From Yuukianura sp. NJ FZ-2021 (Eukaryota), in contig CM102289.1 in the NCBI GenBank assembly GCA_046563655.1, forward strand, positions 9,734,001-9,798,000: a stretch of DNA of 64,000 nucleotides. Direction: 5' to 3'. Position 1 is the stretch's first letter; each line of letters starts with the position of its first letter. Shown here piece by piece: positions 1 through 13,504 of the stretch. A program made the translations under genes and the position numbers. The notes beneath the pieces are model-generated. The model made no database searches. It was not told where the DNA came from and saw only the letters and a program-made list of their open reading frames with translations.

Positions 1-3000
1 TGTGGATTTCGGAAAATACTAAAATAATTCTTGCTCAAATGATGCAATAAAACTGCAATGTTTTGTTTTATGCTCCAATTTGTTTATGACTTTGTGACAT
101 TTTTTATGTGACATTTGCGAAATTTCGGATTTGCCAATTTTAGTGGTAATAGTGTTTATGGCAGAACGTTGTATCACAAGTATTTGTTACAAGTGACAAC
201 ATGTTTTTGCAAATCCAATTTTTTTTGCTGCTTCTGTCACCGAATGTGCTGCCAGTATTCAGTATTTTCAGTCGTTAGCGGCACAGCGGGACTTTTTGAA
301 AGCAGAACTCAAAGTCAGTGACTTTTGTGTGCTTTGTTGCGGTTGGATCTTCCTCCCACGGAAACTGCTCAAATAAAATCAAATACTAAGTTAACGTTTA
401 TTGCTAAACCATCGCAAGAGACTGTGCCAAAGTACAGTTTGCCAAAAAAGTTGACTGTCCGCAGTAGTCGTCATCTCCTGTTTGTCATCCACTTTTATTG
501 GAATTGCAATGCCCAGATCCTTAACATCCTCAGGTTTTGTAGAGTGAAAGCATTTTGAAAAAGAGCGGCGATGAAGAAAGACGAGGTCATATTCTGCTCA
601 GTCCAAATCACTTTCTGCACTTTCCCGCTCTTTTTAAATTTCTGCCTCACCTAACTTTCACCTAACCTAAGTAAATGGAACCAATATGCACAAGGTATCC
701 ATTAGGCTGAAAGCTTCTTTAAAAAAAACAATTCAGAAAAAGGCGGAGAAGCTCGTTTTTGGGCGAAGGTGATTCAATAAACTTCAACTTCATTTTAATA
801 GTGAAAGGAAAAAAGAGAAAGGCGGTGGAGAGTAACGCAAGATGCGAATTTGGTTTACGAAAAATGGAAGGTAGAAAATAAAATTTGAATAACAAAATCT
901 CTCAGTCACTGTCTGTATTTATTCGACTGAAAATTATCAGCGTCTTGAAATATCCGTGTGAAAGGAAAATTTTGGTTTTCTAATGGGAGGAACTTTTTCC
1001 ACTTTTCAAAGCAAAAAAAGAGACTAAAACCCTAATTTGAAATTTTAACAAGTCGGTGCCTGATTGCTCATGACATTTTTTTTAAAAAAAGTTTAGTTTG
1101 AATAATTTCCTTAAAATTTCTTTCCGTGACTTTTATTTTCATAAATTGGACGCCCCTGAAATTTTTGACTTTTTTTCATGTTGAACTCCATTCCTTTTTT
1201 TAAAGGTTGATTGCCAAAATTTGTTTGAGTTTTTTCATGTTGAACGCCACTGAGTTTTGTGACTTTTTTTTCATCAGGTTGACACCATTTTCATAAGTTT
1301 TTGACAAATTCTTATTAGGATTTAGGCGATTTAAAAAATGTGTAAATGTAAACCAAAAGTTGGTTTTATCTGTAGTTGAAAATGAGTTATTGTGTTAAAG
1401 TGGTGCAATAATGGTGAGAAACAGTTGAGTTTAATGTGAATTGATATAACAGTTGCTAAACTTATGACTTTCCAAGTCCACACCTTTTAGACACAAATGG
1501 GACAATAAGGATAAGTTATGATTGAGCATTTTTGTGGCATTATTGAATTTAATCCCGGATTTATCCAACCTCAGAAACTGTACACTTTAAATGTCAACCT
1601 CAAAAGACAAACAGGGAGCTACAAACCGAAAAAACAGGAAGGGCGACACGCTCTGCTTCCAGAAATGTTAGGTACAGAAAAACAACGATTTCTAAAAAAA
1701 AGTTGTTCTAAACAGAAAGCAGAAGGAGTTGAAAAGCGGAGAGGAAATGAAATTTTCCGGGTAGAAAAATATGGGACAGGATAAAATAAAAACAGAAGAA
1801 AGAAGGGAATTTTATAGGACTTTTGTAGACTCAAGTCCATCACCATAAACTTCCCGCCTTTTTTCCAAACCCAATCCTACCCGGATTCCAAGTCACCCGC
1901 CAAAAAAAAAACTTTTGAAAATCGGTTCTATAAATCTTTTGATGAACATTATAGTGTACTTGAAGTCCTCTCTTCTCTGACCACCATCAAATGAAACGTA
2001 ATCCTCCAAACTGGAATTGGATCCACCATGTTCATGGTTCAATGCTGACCAAATCGGTTTCAAAACGAGGTCAAACGAGGTCACGAGGTCAACAAAGGCG
2101 CTTTTTAACAAAAAACTGAAGTTCTCCGCTTCAAAAAAATCTTTTGAAAAAAACTGTTTTTGTCCAAAATTTTTCCAGTTTTGCTTTTTTGGAGAAAGTT
2201 TGAGTGAAAGTAGTTAGTGTTGAAGTTGTAATTGTCTGTCCAGAGGAAAAAATGTCGTTAGGAGTCCTTAGGAGGCACATTTTGTTAGGTTATGGTTAGG
2301 CTAACGTTAGGCTAAAGTTAGGTTCTTGCTTTCAGGATTGAGGAGGAGGTGAAAGGATTTGGCCTATTTTTCTTTTTTTTGTGAGTTATTTGTGAACTCA
2401 AATGGAGTTCTGTCAAGTCAAGACGGTTTCCGGACGATATAGCACCACCATTTTCCAAAAACAGCACAAGACAAATCTTCTTCAAGTGCAAAAGTAAGAA
2501 ACATGACAGATTTCACAAATCCTCTTCTTCGTCTTGTTGCCCCTTGGCTTTTGTGCCTCCGCGTTTCCATGGTTACTCTTCGTTTTTTATTTTCCTGTCG
2601 CTCACATCCGGATCATCCTTCTGCTTTTCTAACTTTCTGCGTAGTATCTGACAGAGAAACAACAGCTTAAAATGAAACTTCATCTTGAGAGAAGAGACAG
2701 TGACATTTTGGAGATGAAGAGAAAGTAATCCATTCTCCCAAATTATAAACGCTAGATTAAAAAAAAGCGGGAGTAACTATTTTTTTTATAATGGATGGTT
2801 GGACCATAAGTCGTTACAAGAAAAGCACATTTCCAGTGTCATGTCAAGCAGTAGTGTTGGTTCACTTGTAAATATACAGAAAACGTCTTGATAAGAATCC
2901 AATTCCAAGGGTAAGTCTTTGGAGGGAGTAACTACGCAAAAGAACTTGGAGGGAGTAACTATGGACTGAGGAAGTAAATTATCCGCTGCTGGAAATGTCA

Positions 3001-4189
3001 GGAAGGAGAAAATGGAGAAAGCAAAGGCATCCACTCGGCTCGAGATTTAGCGGCTTTTTTTTTATTGACACACAGTTTAGCACAGCATAGTTTTTACATA
3101 ACATAGTAGTTTGCAAAAAGTTGAAAATACTAAAATGAACATCCACAGCGCTTTGAAATTTTTGAAAAAACGAGACGAAAACCAACGCAACTTTTACCAT
3201 AAAAGTCTCCTCATTTCATGAATAAAATCGCAGTTTTTCTGTTGACTGTGAGTCGTTACAACCAAAAGTGCAAAAGTGTTAACAGTCACCTGCTATTTTT
3301 TTCCACTTTCGCCTCAATTCGCATTATTTAAAAAAAACTGAAAACTCAAATAAAAATATTTTTTTATGTTCCTGTACGCCTGAGTTCTAATTTGTTGCGA
3401 CATCTTTGGAAATGCAAGTGAAAACAGCAAATTTGCTAAGTTTTTGTAAAAAATTTTCAGTTTTTATCAAATTTACTTCAGGTTTTGTTAAAATTGGTTA
3501 CGTTTCTGTTAAAATTGCTTAGTTTTTGTGAGTTTAGAGGTTTGTGGTGTGAAGTTGCAGTGAGTTTTGGGTTGAACAGAGGTGATTTGTGGTAGTTGCA
3601 ATTAAATCTTGTGGGAAACCAACTTTACTTCAGTCACCTCAACTTATTTGCCAAAAGATCAAGCTTTTTCGGAACCTTTGTGGTTTAGTGCTTTCCTTCC
3701 AGCGGCTTTCCGTGTCTCATCAATCATCAAAAGCCCACAAAACTTTAGCACCGAAATCCAAATTTCAGAAATTAAATAACCTTTGGCTCTCCCGGGACTC
3801 AAATTTCTCCAGTCATACGATACGCCAAACAAACTAATTCCAAAACACAACTCAACTTTCACTCCGAAAAACTAAAGTCTGAACACATTAGACCAAAATG
3901 TTAGGCTAACTTTTGTTAGCCTACTTTGATGTTAGCCTTTGAGTGGCCCAAACGACTTTCTCTATTGGACCTGATCATTATAAATTTCTATTTTCACAAG
4001 TCATGAACTCCTTCTAGGCATTTGGACTCAAAGTAATTTAGACTTCTGTGGGCATGGGCGGAAGAGGAAGTGGAACTGGACAGCCTCATCCATCAATCAG
4101 TTACCCGCTTTCGGAAAATACCCGGGTTTCGCTTAAATAAACTCACAGAATCCCTGATTTCCTCTTAAAATCACACTCACTTCAGTTCC

Positions 4190-4279
4190 AACCCCGCTGG
4201 GATTCGAACTGGAGTCCACTAAATAAATACTTGGAATCAGACAGCATCTCTGACCTCTGACCTCTCTCGCTCTCCCCGG
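4190..4279 (-). other. degenerate tRNA-derived (SINE-head/pseudo-tRNA) fragment
   Basis: Minus strand reads ...gctgtctgattccaagtatttatttagtggactccaGTTCGAATCCcagcggggtt: a Pol III B-box/T-loop motif and a tRNA-like 3' end. A-box and cloverleaf are poorly preserved. Confidence 0.3.
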
Positions 4280-5622
4280 TTGCTCATTGTTTACTCTATT
4301 GGAAAGTCTTCATTACTCTACAACAGCCTCGGTTTACAAAAAATCCAATCCCGCCTTCTCTCCTAATCTACTCTTTCGGTTTTTTTAGAAAAGCGGGAGA
4401 AAGTGAAAAGAAAGCAGTGCAAGCGGAAAAAACCATAATTTGTCAAGAAGTTAAGTTAGCAGAGTAAGAGGAAATAGCGGAAAAACATTAGACGTAAGCC
4501 TAACCTTTGGCAACATAAATAATCACTTAAGTCGAGCAACTACTTTTTGCACTGCTAGTTGCTCTGAAACCACCAAAAACGTAGTTGGGAACGACCTTCG
4601 ACCTCAAATGTCACAATAAAACACGACTTTCACCTCCACTTTCTTCTACTTTCTTTCCGGTCAAAATTTCTGTTAGTTTTTGCAGATTTTGTGATCTCTA
4701 TTACGCGGATGAAAATAAGATTCTTTTTAAAGTACTTCTGAAACTTTTGGTGTTCTTTATTATTCCAATTGAAGAGAGAAAGAAAAGACTCGACTGGCCA
4801 GTTCAAGAGTCAGAAAGGAAGAGAGAGATGAAGGGACACTTTTCGAAAGACGCTACAAGGTAGACCCTTCAAGGGACCCTTTTGAGACCTTGAAATGCAA
4901 TCTTAGCTAAAAAGGAATTTTGTGTTTTTGAGAGAAGGGATGAAGGGAGTGTAACAATCTCAAGCAAAACTAAAAACTTATAAACTTAAAACTGTTTGTG
5001 ATAATGTTCTTGCTCATCTAATTTAAGTTTAAAAAAAGAAAAAGTTATTTTTCATGATTTCAAAACACCGTTTTACTTTCTGTTTTTTTTTCTTTTGACT
5101 TGAGTTTAGAAGATGTAAAACAGTTCATTCGAAATTCCGTTTCAAAATTTTAGCGGTAAAAAGTTCTCTGCTAGTTCTTTTTTTCTGGTAACATAATTTG
5201 TGTCTAAAACGTGTTGGAATTTAGTACGAAGAACCTAGTCCTAATTTTTTTTAAGAAAAAATAGTAGGTGGACTCTATTGTACTTGTAAGACACTTTTTG
5301 AAACTGACAACCGCTTTTTTTTTTGCAAAAAAGAGAAAGTCTTGGAAAAAATAAAAAAGTTAACGAAGCAGACTTGAAGCGGGTAATCAATAAATTTCTC
5401 AACAGCACTTGAGGAGATGCTGCGGAGGAGGAACAAATTAAATTTAGACGCTCCTAACTTCATCTTCTTTCACCAGTGTCTCCTTCCTTCTTTGACACAA
5501 AATTAAATATTCCTTACAAAAGAAACTCAATGACTAAAAAAGTCTAAAAGAGTAAAAGACTAAGAAAAAATTACTAAAGCTTCTGGAAGCTGCGAAGGTC
5601 ACATGATCTCTCATTCTGCTTC

Positions 5623-5686
5623 CTACAACAGGATTCCTGTAGCTACAACAGGATCTTTGTAGCTACAACAGGATTCCTGTTGGTAG
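5623..5686. repeat. 20-bp tandem repeat x3 (CTACAACAGGATTCCTGTAG), partly palindromic unit
   Basis: Three near-identical units read directly. Confidence 0.85.
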
Positions 5687-7924
5687 TAATCCTAAGAGTT
5701 AGTAGAACAATTAACTAAGAACTATTAACATAAAAGCCTTCTGGAACGACAGTATGTCTGCTCAACCCGAAACGCAGTCGTTCAAACTCTCATTTTCTCC
5801 AAGCAGAAGCTCGCTTTGGTTCCATCTGTCCAAAAAAAAAGTTGCTCCGCCGCTTCAAATCCTCAAATTTTAGCAACAAAGACAAAAACGTCGACAGGCA
5901 AAAACAGCGACACTGTGAAACACTTTGCCAATCATCTGACTTTCATCTAACTTTGGATTTTGCGATTCGCTGCCTTTACTTTGTCGCCGTTATGTCTGTC
6001 GCTGTTTTTGACGTTACTGGGGACCTATGGCTTTGAACTACGTTATTTGGAACTTTCTTGGAAGGAAGTTCCATTCTTCCCTCCACTTTCTTTTTTAGTG
6101 AAAGTACAAAGCTTTTCTTTTTCTCATTTTCTGCTCTCACAATTACAAAGGAGGATTTCCGGGTTTCCTACTTTCAAAAATTCCTTTTCCGCCTTTTTCA
6201 AAAACCCAAAGCCATCTAAGAATTAAACTACGCTTCTAGTAAAATTAAACTACTCCACTCTTTTCTTAAAAAAGGAGGCTAAAAAGAAAATTCAAAGAAT
6301 TGTCCCTCTTCAGTTTCAAAAAACTCAAAGCCCCAATGAAATTTCAATGAAAAATCAAAGATTTTCTTTTTAAATTTCGAACAATGTCACGAAAACGTAA
6401 AGTTTAGAAAAAAATGGAAGAGTACGAAACGCCTTTATGCCTTAGATGACATCTGAAAAAACATAATCCTGCACATTCTCATTCAAAAGCACCCTGAATT
6501 GTAAATTTGATGAGATCTTGGCCATATTCTTCCCAAAGTTAAGAAAAAAAAAGTTTTGTGAAAGTCTTTTGAGAAAATGCGGAAATTGTTGGAAGGAAAA
6601 TCTGTTATTGGCAATTGAGTTTAGCATGAAGCGAGGACGGTTCTAAAGTGTGCCGCTTTTTTTGAAAAGTGAAAGTCCTACTTTACCATTCAAAAGGCAT
6701 TTGAAGAAATTGAAGAAAGTCGGTTGGTGTCGTTATTACTTTGGCCTCTAACGATCCGTTCCCTGCTCAGAACTTTCCGAATTTCGGAGTTTTTGGAATT
6801 ACTATTATCCAATCCCACCCGCCAAAACTACTTTCTGCTTCTCTCTCTCTTCTACTTTCTGTCGATAACTTTCTCCCGCTTTTTTTTCTCCTCGTCCGAC
6901 GACAAAATGAATTGTGAAAACTTTTTCTAACGACAACTCACATGCACTCGTACTTGAACTCAAGCAGCCACCAAAGCTAGGGCAAAAGAATCACAAACGA
7001 CCTCCCAGCATTTTTGTATTCAGACTCCAACTTTTTTCAAAAAACAGAAATTAGAAAAAGTTTAGAAAATTTCATTAAGCCTTTTGTGCTTCTCTCAAAA
7101 TTCAAAAACAGACTTTCCCCAGGGGAAAGAAATGAAAGGAGGTGAAATTTTTTAAAGCCATTTTGAAATGAAAGGTGGTGAAAATTAAATTTTCAAAATT
7201 TTGAATTTCATTTTGAAAATTGGTGGTAATTGCCAGACACTAATAATAACTTTTAGACTTTCAAGAGTTGCGTGTAGTTTATTATACTTGAAGTGCAGAG
7301 CAGTGAGACGCATGCTCAGACTCAAATTACGCTTGAAATTGATAATCGTTTGAAGTGGCTTTTTAGTAATCAATAACTTATGTGAAAATGAAGTTTCCTT
7401 TGGAATATGGTTTTGACCTGTTAGAGCTTTAACACGCAAGCATCGTTGTTCAAAATGTGAGAAAGGCTAACACGGTCGTATTACTAATTTTTATGAAAGG
7501 AAATTGCGTTGAAACACGCCTGTTTTAGTGAAAAACGATTTGAAAGTTGTTGATGGCGGGAGATGAAGGAGAAAGAGGAAAATTGTTGAAACGGTGACAC
7601 GGCGGGAGTAAAATAGTTCCAAAGTAATTCTATTCTAACACGCAAGTTTTGTGAAGTTGCAAATAAAAACATTCAAAACAACTGCTAAAAAACGAAAACT
7701 AAAAAAAATGTAGCAGGTTAAGTTCTAGGTCCACGTCAGTCTATAAAATTTTCAAAATTTTGTCAAAATTTTAGTTTCAACTTTTCACAGGTTTCGTGTT
7801 TCGGCAAATCGAATTTTTGTCACCTCTGTCACGTGCTACTTAAATTGAATTAACTTTCCAATCACTTTCTCATTTGGACTTTGTTTAGTTTTAATCTAAA
7901 AGACGGAACGTGCCAAACCTGAAG

Positions 7925-7995
7925 TGAAAGTTATGTTTTCTTATGAAAGTTATGTTTTGTGATGAAAGTTATGTTTGACTATGTTAGATTATGTT
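7925..7995. repeat. short degenerate tandem repeat (TGAAAGTTATGTTT)
   Basis: 3-4 copies of gaaagttatgttt visible. Confidence 0.7.
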
Positions 7996-9357
7996 ATGTT
8001 GAAATTAGGCTTGTTGACCTGAGTAGGGCATAACCTATTCCATGTCCCCCACTTTCTTCTGGTTCATAACCCAATTGTAATCCAATTCCTGAATCTTTTG
8101 TGAAAAGCAATATGTTACGCACGAACAGTTTTGAGTTTACTCCAGAACCACTTAAGTGAAAACCAACTATACAGGCGGTGAAATCAAGGTTCTAAGGTTA
8201 TTGAATACTAAAAGGTTAGGTTTCACCTTATGAAGTATATGTTAGGTTAATGAAAATGGGGAAAGTCCATTTGGATGATGGTTGTGAAGGAGTCATTAGA
8301 AGGAATTGCAACATCATAATTACAAAGACAAGGAAAGAGTCATTAGAAAAGTAGTTTCTACTTTAATTTCATGTCCACAAAAACATTGTTCCCACGCTTT
8401 CTCCAGCCCACAATTCCACTCAAATATTCACCCCATTCCTCAACACTCCACATTTTCTCTTTTCATTCTCACTTTTGTTTAGCACAAGCACAAGAACTCT
8501 CTTGTTAATGTCCATTGAATTAAGTCTCTCTTCTCATCAACACCCAATTCCCAACATCATTAGCACCAACTTTCACCCTTCTCTTCAGTTTGTGCTTTTG
8601 AGTTTTCGTGCGTTAGAGGTTGACACAGCTTTGCATTTTGCATCTCGCACAAACCATTTTTTGACAAAAACGATTGAAAATGGCTTCAAACGTTGTAAAA
8701 AGTGAAAAAATTAAAAATTCTGATGAAAATAAACAGTTTTTTTTGGGAATTGGGAAATTTTGGGTCCAGTTACGCTAAATAAGTCAAATTTTCTAATTTT
8801 CCTTTTAAGTTTCTGTTAAATTTGGAAATTATGTTTTTTTTTTAAACTGAAAACGGTTGTTTTCATGTGTAGCGTATTAGAGTTGGGAATTATTTTGTAT
8901 ATTTCGCCCAAAACTTAGTTTTACAATACATTGACATAGAAGTGATGCTTTTGTGATTTTTGTGTTTCTTATTGTGTGTTCGTGCGTGATTGAATTAATG
9001 TGAACATAGTAGCTGGTAGCATGCGAGTAATTCATCTCCTTCGTCCTCATTCCATAAATAAAAGGCTTATATTGGAAATGAATTTGAGGAGGAAGAAATT
9101 TTGTATTCCATATTTATAAGTTGCTGCCGATGAGGAGAGTCTGAGCAGAATTGGGATCATGGAGGCCATGAGCCCACTCGAGATGAGCTCCAATTCATCA
9201 CAACGGAATAACGAAAACTAAGCTCAAAACTAACCTAAACCTAGCCTAACTTCAGTCCTTAATATTCAGAACTAGTCTCCATTTCCTCTCTCTTGCATTA
9301 GGAAAGTGATGAGACTAGGCTTCATTTCTCTTCCCCTTTCTCCACTCCCTCAAACAT

Positions 9358-9416
9358 CTATCACTCCAACGACTATAAAGACTATCACTCCTACGACTAT
9401 AAAGACTATCAAAGAC
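9358..9416. repeat. 24-bp tandem repeat (CTATCACTCCWACGACTATAAAGA) x2.5
   Basis: Direct repeats read in sequence. Confidence 0.75.
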
Positions 9417-12168
9417 AACATGTCTATTTTCTTTTATTCTGCTGCCAAATCATACACAAATATTCTCAGCACGTTCGCTCCGTTTCACATCCCAGAACTC
9501 AGACATGTCTCAGGTTCCTCTTGTTATAGTCTTTTTTAGACTTTTAGACTTTGTCTATTTCTTTTAGTCTTTGACTTGTGTTGGGACACAGTCCAAGGCA
9601 TAATGCTGGAAATGAATTCAGAGAATTAGGAGACTCCCCGCTCTTGGATCTTTTGAAGTAATTCCGTCGGAATGTTTGTTATTATTAGTGAACTTTGAGT
9701 CTCTTTTGAAAGAGAAGAGCCTTGGAGCATGTTTCATTAAGGCACTCCACCCACTCTCTCCAACTTCTGTTCAGTTTCTCAGGAGCAGAAAAAGAGAAGA
9801 AAATTCTTTGGCAGAAAAGAGAAAACAGAAAAAGAGAAGTACGCTCGTGCTTCTCTTTTCTCTCTTTTTGTGCATCCAGCCATTGGGTTTGGATTTTGAT
9901 TGATACGGTAGCTCTCCAGAGGCACGGACGGATCGCTGCTTTGATTCTGAACTGAGAGTCCGCCAATCAGGAATCGGACACTCATGGACGGACATCGCAT
10001 CACATCAAATGTCAATGCAGATACTGGTCAACTGGTGACCGTCCGGAAGAAATTTTGACACTTCAGAATGTCCAAAACCTACCATGGTCCATGTCATGTC
10101 ACATGTCAGGAGCAGGTACTTGGCGCAAGCTTTGACTTGTGACGCCTGGACATTTGATTTCGCACAGTGAGTGTCAAAACATGTCAACTCAGTGTTAGAC
10201 TAAATGAAAGAAAATTAAATTTGCGCAGACTCCGTGTCCAAGGGTCAACAGCGACCAAAGAAATTGGAAACTATAGTCGGTGTGTTTTTGGGAGAAACCA
10301 AAGATGAACATTTTCTAGAACAAACTTTTGTTTGAGCAGAACAAACAAGTGGACATGGAGCCTTGTGAAGTTGACATGCGCAGTGGTCCACTGTGTCCAC
10401 ACGGACATCAGTCATATCCAAATCCATGTCAATCCATATTAACAACTTCCTCCTTCCGTGCCTGACACACTTTCTCAAACAAAAAAGAAGTACATTGTTG
10501 ACCTGATTTCTGTTTTTTGTTGAATAACTTTCACTCAAAGTTTAGTCAATCAAAATCGATGTGTCTGTTGACATTTCGTAAGCAAAGGAAAATGTTATAT
10601 CAGCGCATGAGCAGGAAAAAATCACCATCAATCACAAGTATGCCTTTAACCTTTGAAATTCTCATATTTTAAACTCATGGTTCCAGAAATTTAAGAGAAA
10701 TAAATTTGAGAAAAAAGTTATGATTTAAGTTTTTGTTTTCATCGAATTTCAGAATTTGAGTGGAATTTTGGAGGAAGGTTAGTCTAGTTTTGAGTAATTT
10801 TGATAAGGTTAAAATTTAAAAGTTAACCTGTTAAAAGTTGAACATTGTGGAGAGTGAAAGTGTGAGATTAGGATTTAACTTTCACCTCGGAATTATATGA
10901 ATTGAGTGAGGCGGGAGATTAGGGGAGTGAATATTTTACTGTCACTTTCTTTGTGAATAATTTATGGAATTGCAGTAAAATGAATGGGAATTCATGCAGA
11001 ATTGAATCCCTGTTTCACATTGTCCCATTATTCCTTCCTGTTGCCTCTTCACTTCTGCATTTAAAATGGAACTAACTTTCACTTCCACTCTTCAATTCAC
11101 CACCACAATCTCCATTCTAGAACTTTGAAACGATTGAAGCAGAAAGGAACTAAGAACGACCACGTTCCATTGTACTTTGGACACGCTCTAATTTATTACC
11201 AAAGATTAGTAACTGCTTTCCAATTTAACTCACAATTTCAAAAATAACCGCACCGACATTCAAATTCTGAGTTTAAACTTTCACTTTTGATCCACTTCTG
11301 TGTCTATGCGATGCAAAAAGTTTAGGATTCGCGAAACTAATTTTACAGTCCCGCTTTAACGCCAGATGAGGAAAAATTTAAGAAGAAAAAATCTACAAAA
11401 TTTTGTTAAAATTTTGAAATTTGAATTCGGTTGAACATCATTGGAGAAAGTAGAGCAGAAATTAATTTCTAATCAGACATTTTAAAAATTCAAATGATTT
11501 TTAAATTTCAATAAATTTGATTTGACTTCAACAAGTTTCTAAAAGATTGGTTTGCAGATTTCCTTTTGATAAAACTGTGAAATTGGACAAATTTGAGTTA
11601 GTTTTGAGGGAGGGCTTTTGTTAAAAGTGATTGGGTAGATAAAAGTAAAGTTCAGCAGAGCGAGAGTGAAAGTTAAGTTGGCTTTGGCGGGAGACATTTG
11701 AAGTGTGACAAATGATTTCAATTTCGTTCTGGAAAAAGTCAAAAGACACAAAATCTATAAAGAGAAAAGGAAGCGGAAAAAGAGCAAGACAAAAATGAAA
11801 TAAAAGTAAAACGGTCTCAAATAAAATTCGACAATGAAATGAGTCGAGGAAGAATAAAACGGTTTCCTTTGTTCAGCAGATCTTGTCTCAAAAATCTAAA
11901 AAGAGGAAAAAAAATTCTCTTTTTATCTTGTTCTAAAATCTTTGTATCTCGCACAGTCATAGGGCAAATCTGTCGCTCTTAGAAAAGAAGATGAACAGAG
12001 AAGAGAGAAAATGAACAGAATTTCTTAATAAGCAAAAGGACGCAAAAGGATAAATTTTGAAACGAAATAAGAAAAGGGTGTAAATATTATCACAATTTCA
12101 ATGCAAAACAAAACTTTAAAGGACTTTTGAGAGTAATGTTTGTACTTTTCAAATTGACAGTGTCACTG

Positions 12169-13416
12169 TCAATCCTGCTCCATTTCATCCGATCCGAATA
12201 AGCCGACATAGTCCACAGATGTAAGAGCTGAGCCTAGCGTAGATTTCATACGACCAGTCAAATTCTGAGAAGTCAGCAATCCTTGAAAATGATTTCTGGC
12301 ACCTTCTTTCGTTTTGAAGTTACGTTGACAGTCATAACAGTTGAGACTCTTTTGTGTCGGGCAATTGTGATCTGAAAACTGCAATTTGAGTTCCGACACA
12401 GGGAGCTTCAATTCATTTTCAAATGCCAATTCAGGGTGTGTCCATTCGCCATTGGGGCCGTAAGATAACTCCCAGTTGAAAGTATTGAGGTCAACCATGT
12501 TGAGCGCGGTTACTTGATCACCAGTCTCATTTACTACTACGAATGGCATATTAGGAGGCAAAGGAGAACTTGATTCTGGTATAAGTATGGCCTGGGAGTA
12601 CTCGTAGGTGAACTTTCTGGTCCCAAGTACATAGCCTTCTTTTCCGATGACGCGCGAAGTAGACTCAATCGGGAATTCAAAAATGACGGAGCCATAGCGA
12701 TTCTCTTGAACAAATTGTTTAGGTTTTTGAGGTATGTGCTGGATCTCATCTTCCTCGAGAACGACACCACACCAAATGGTTGGCTTTTTACTAGGATTAC
12801 TTGAAGACTTGCTGAAAGTAATTTGTTGATTCGTGATCCCCGCAATAATTTCAAGTGCATTCACAGTTGAAGTGGCATGTCTCAGCCGTCGTCCAGTTAA
12901 GTTGATATCGATGGAAATACTTCTGTCTTCTGGCAGGATCAGTTCGGAGTCTCTCACAAACTCCAGTGAGTTTACTGAGTGTGGCCAAGATACTAAAGTA
13001 GTAACTTCCGGTGCAGTTGGAAAATGTTCATTCCATAACGTGATGACTTCCACAATTTTCATGACTAGTCTTTTCCTACATTGTTGTTCCAAGTCCTTAG
13101 TAGACGCCCAACGGATGCATACTTGTAGAATTTTGGAAAGATCATACGTTGGCGACTGATTGATGTCACACAGTTGGTTGCATGTGTTCTCAGGAATTGG
13201 CCCAGTAATCGCACCGTGTGTTGCTTCAATGATGTACGATGCTAAAAGGAACTGAACAGGGCCGGGAATTCCAGCCTCCGCTTGTACAATCATTGTATTC
13301 AGCAGTTGTTTTGCTACGTTTCTTCCATTAGCGAACGATCCCATTCTCGCTTCCTCAAGTTTATTTGCAGCTAATATCACTTGAGCAACACTAGTCCCAT
13401 CATCCACTTGCGACAT
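12169..13416 (-). CDS. uncharacterised 415-aa protein, intronless CDS, with ADP-ribosyltransferase-fold-like motifs and a C-terminal zinc-finger-like motif
   Basis: Long uninterrupted ORF in AT-rich DNA with normal globular composition. Motifs LRHATSxxNAxxI, IWCG, NRYGSVIFEF, LGTRKFTYEYS, WTHPELAF and CYDCxxxFxxxxxAxxH. A GTAAGT..TTTAG intron lies just upstream (13432-13504). The product assignment is inference. Confidence 0.75.
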   Translation of the reverse strand: MSQVDDGTSVAQVILAANKLEEARMGSFANGRNVAKQLLNTMIVQAEAGIPGPVQFLLASYIIEATHGAITGPIPENTCNQLCDINQSPTYDLSKILQVCIRWASTKDLEQQCRKRLVMKIVEVITLWNEHFPTAPEVTTLVSWPHSVNSLEFVRDSELILPEDRSISIDINLTGRRLRHATSTVNALEIIAGITNQQITFSKSSSNPSKKPTIWCGVVLEEDEIQHIPQKPKQFVQENRYGSVIFEFPIESTSRVIGKEGYVLGTRKFTYEYSQAILIPESSSPLPPNMPFVVVNETGDQVTALNMVDLNTFNWELSYGPNGEWTHPELAFENELKLPVSELKLQFSDHNCPTQKSLNCYDCQRNFKTKEGARNHFQGLLTSQNLTGRMKSTLGSALTSVDYVGLFGSDEMEQD

Positions 13417-13504
13417 CGTTCAATCGCCTTTCTAAATTGTATTCAAACAAAAATATAAATACAGTTTTTAGCAGTACTTTAGGAAATAAAGAAGGTCCAC
13501 TTAC

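Noticed and set aside
1..12100. Numerous 60-97-aa ORFs in the first 12 kb
   Set aside because: F/K/L/S-rich translations of AT-rich low-complexity DNA, with no recognisable domain or consistent exon chain.
12169..13416. Claim of horizontal transfer or viral origin for the orphan ORF
   Set aside because: Being intronless is not sufficient. No homologue search was possible, and no flanking TIR, LTR or TSD was identified.
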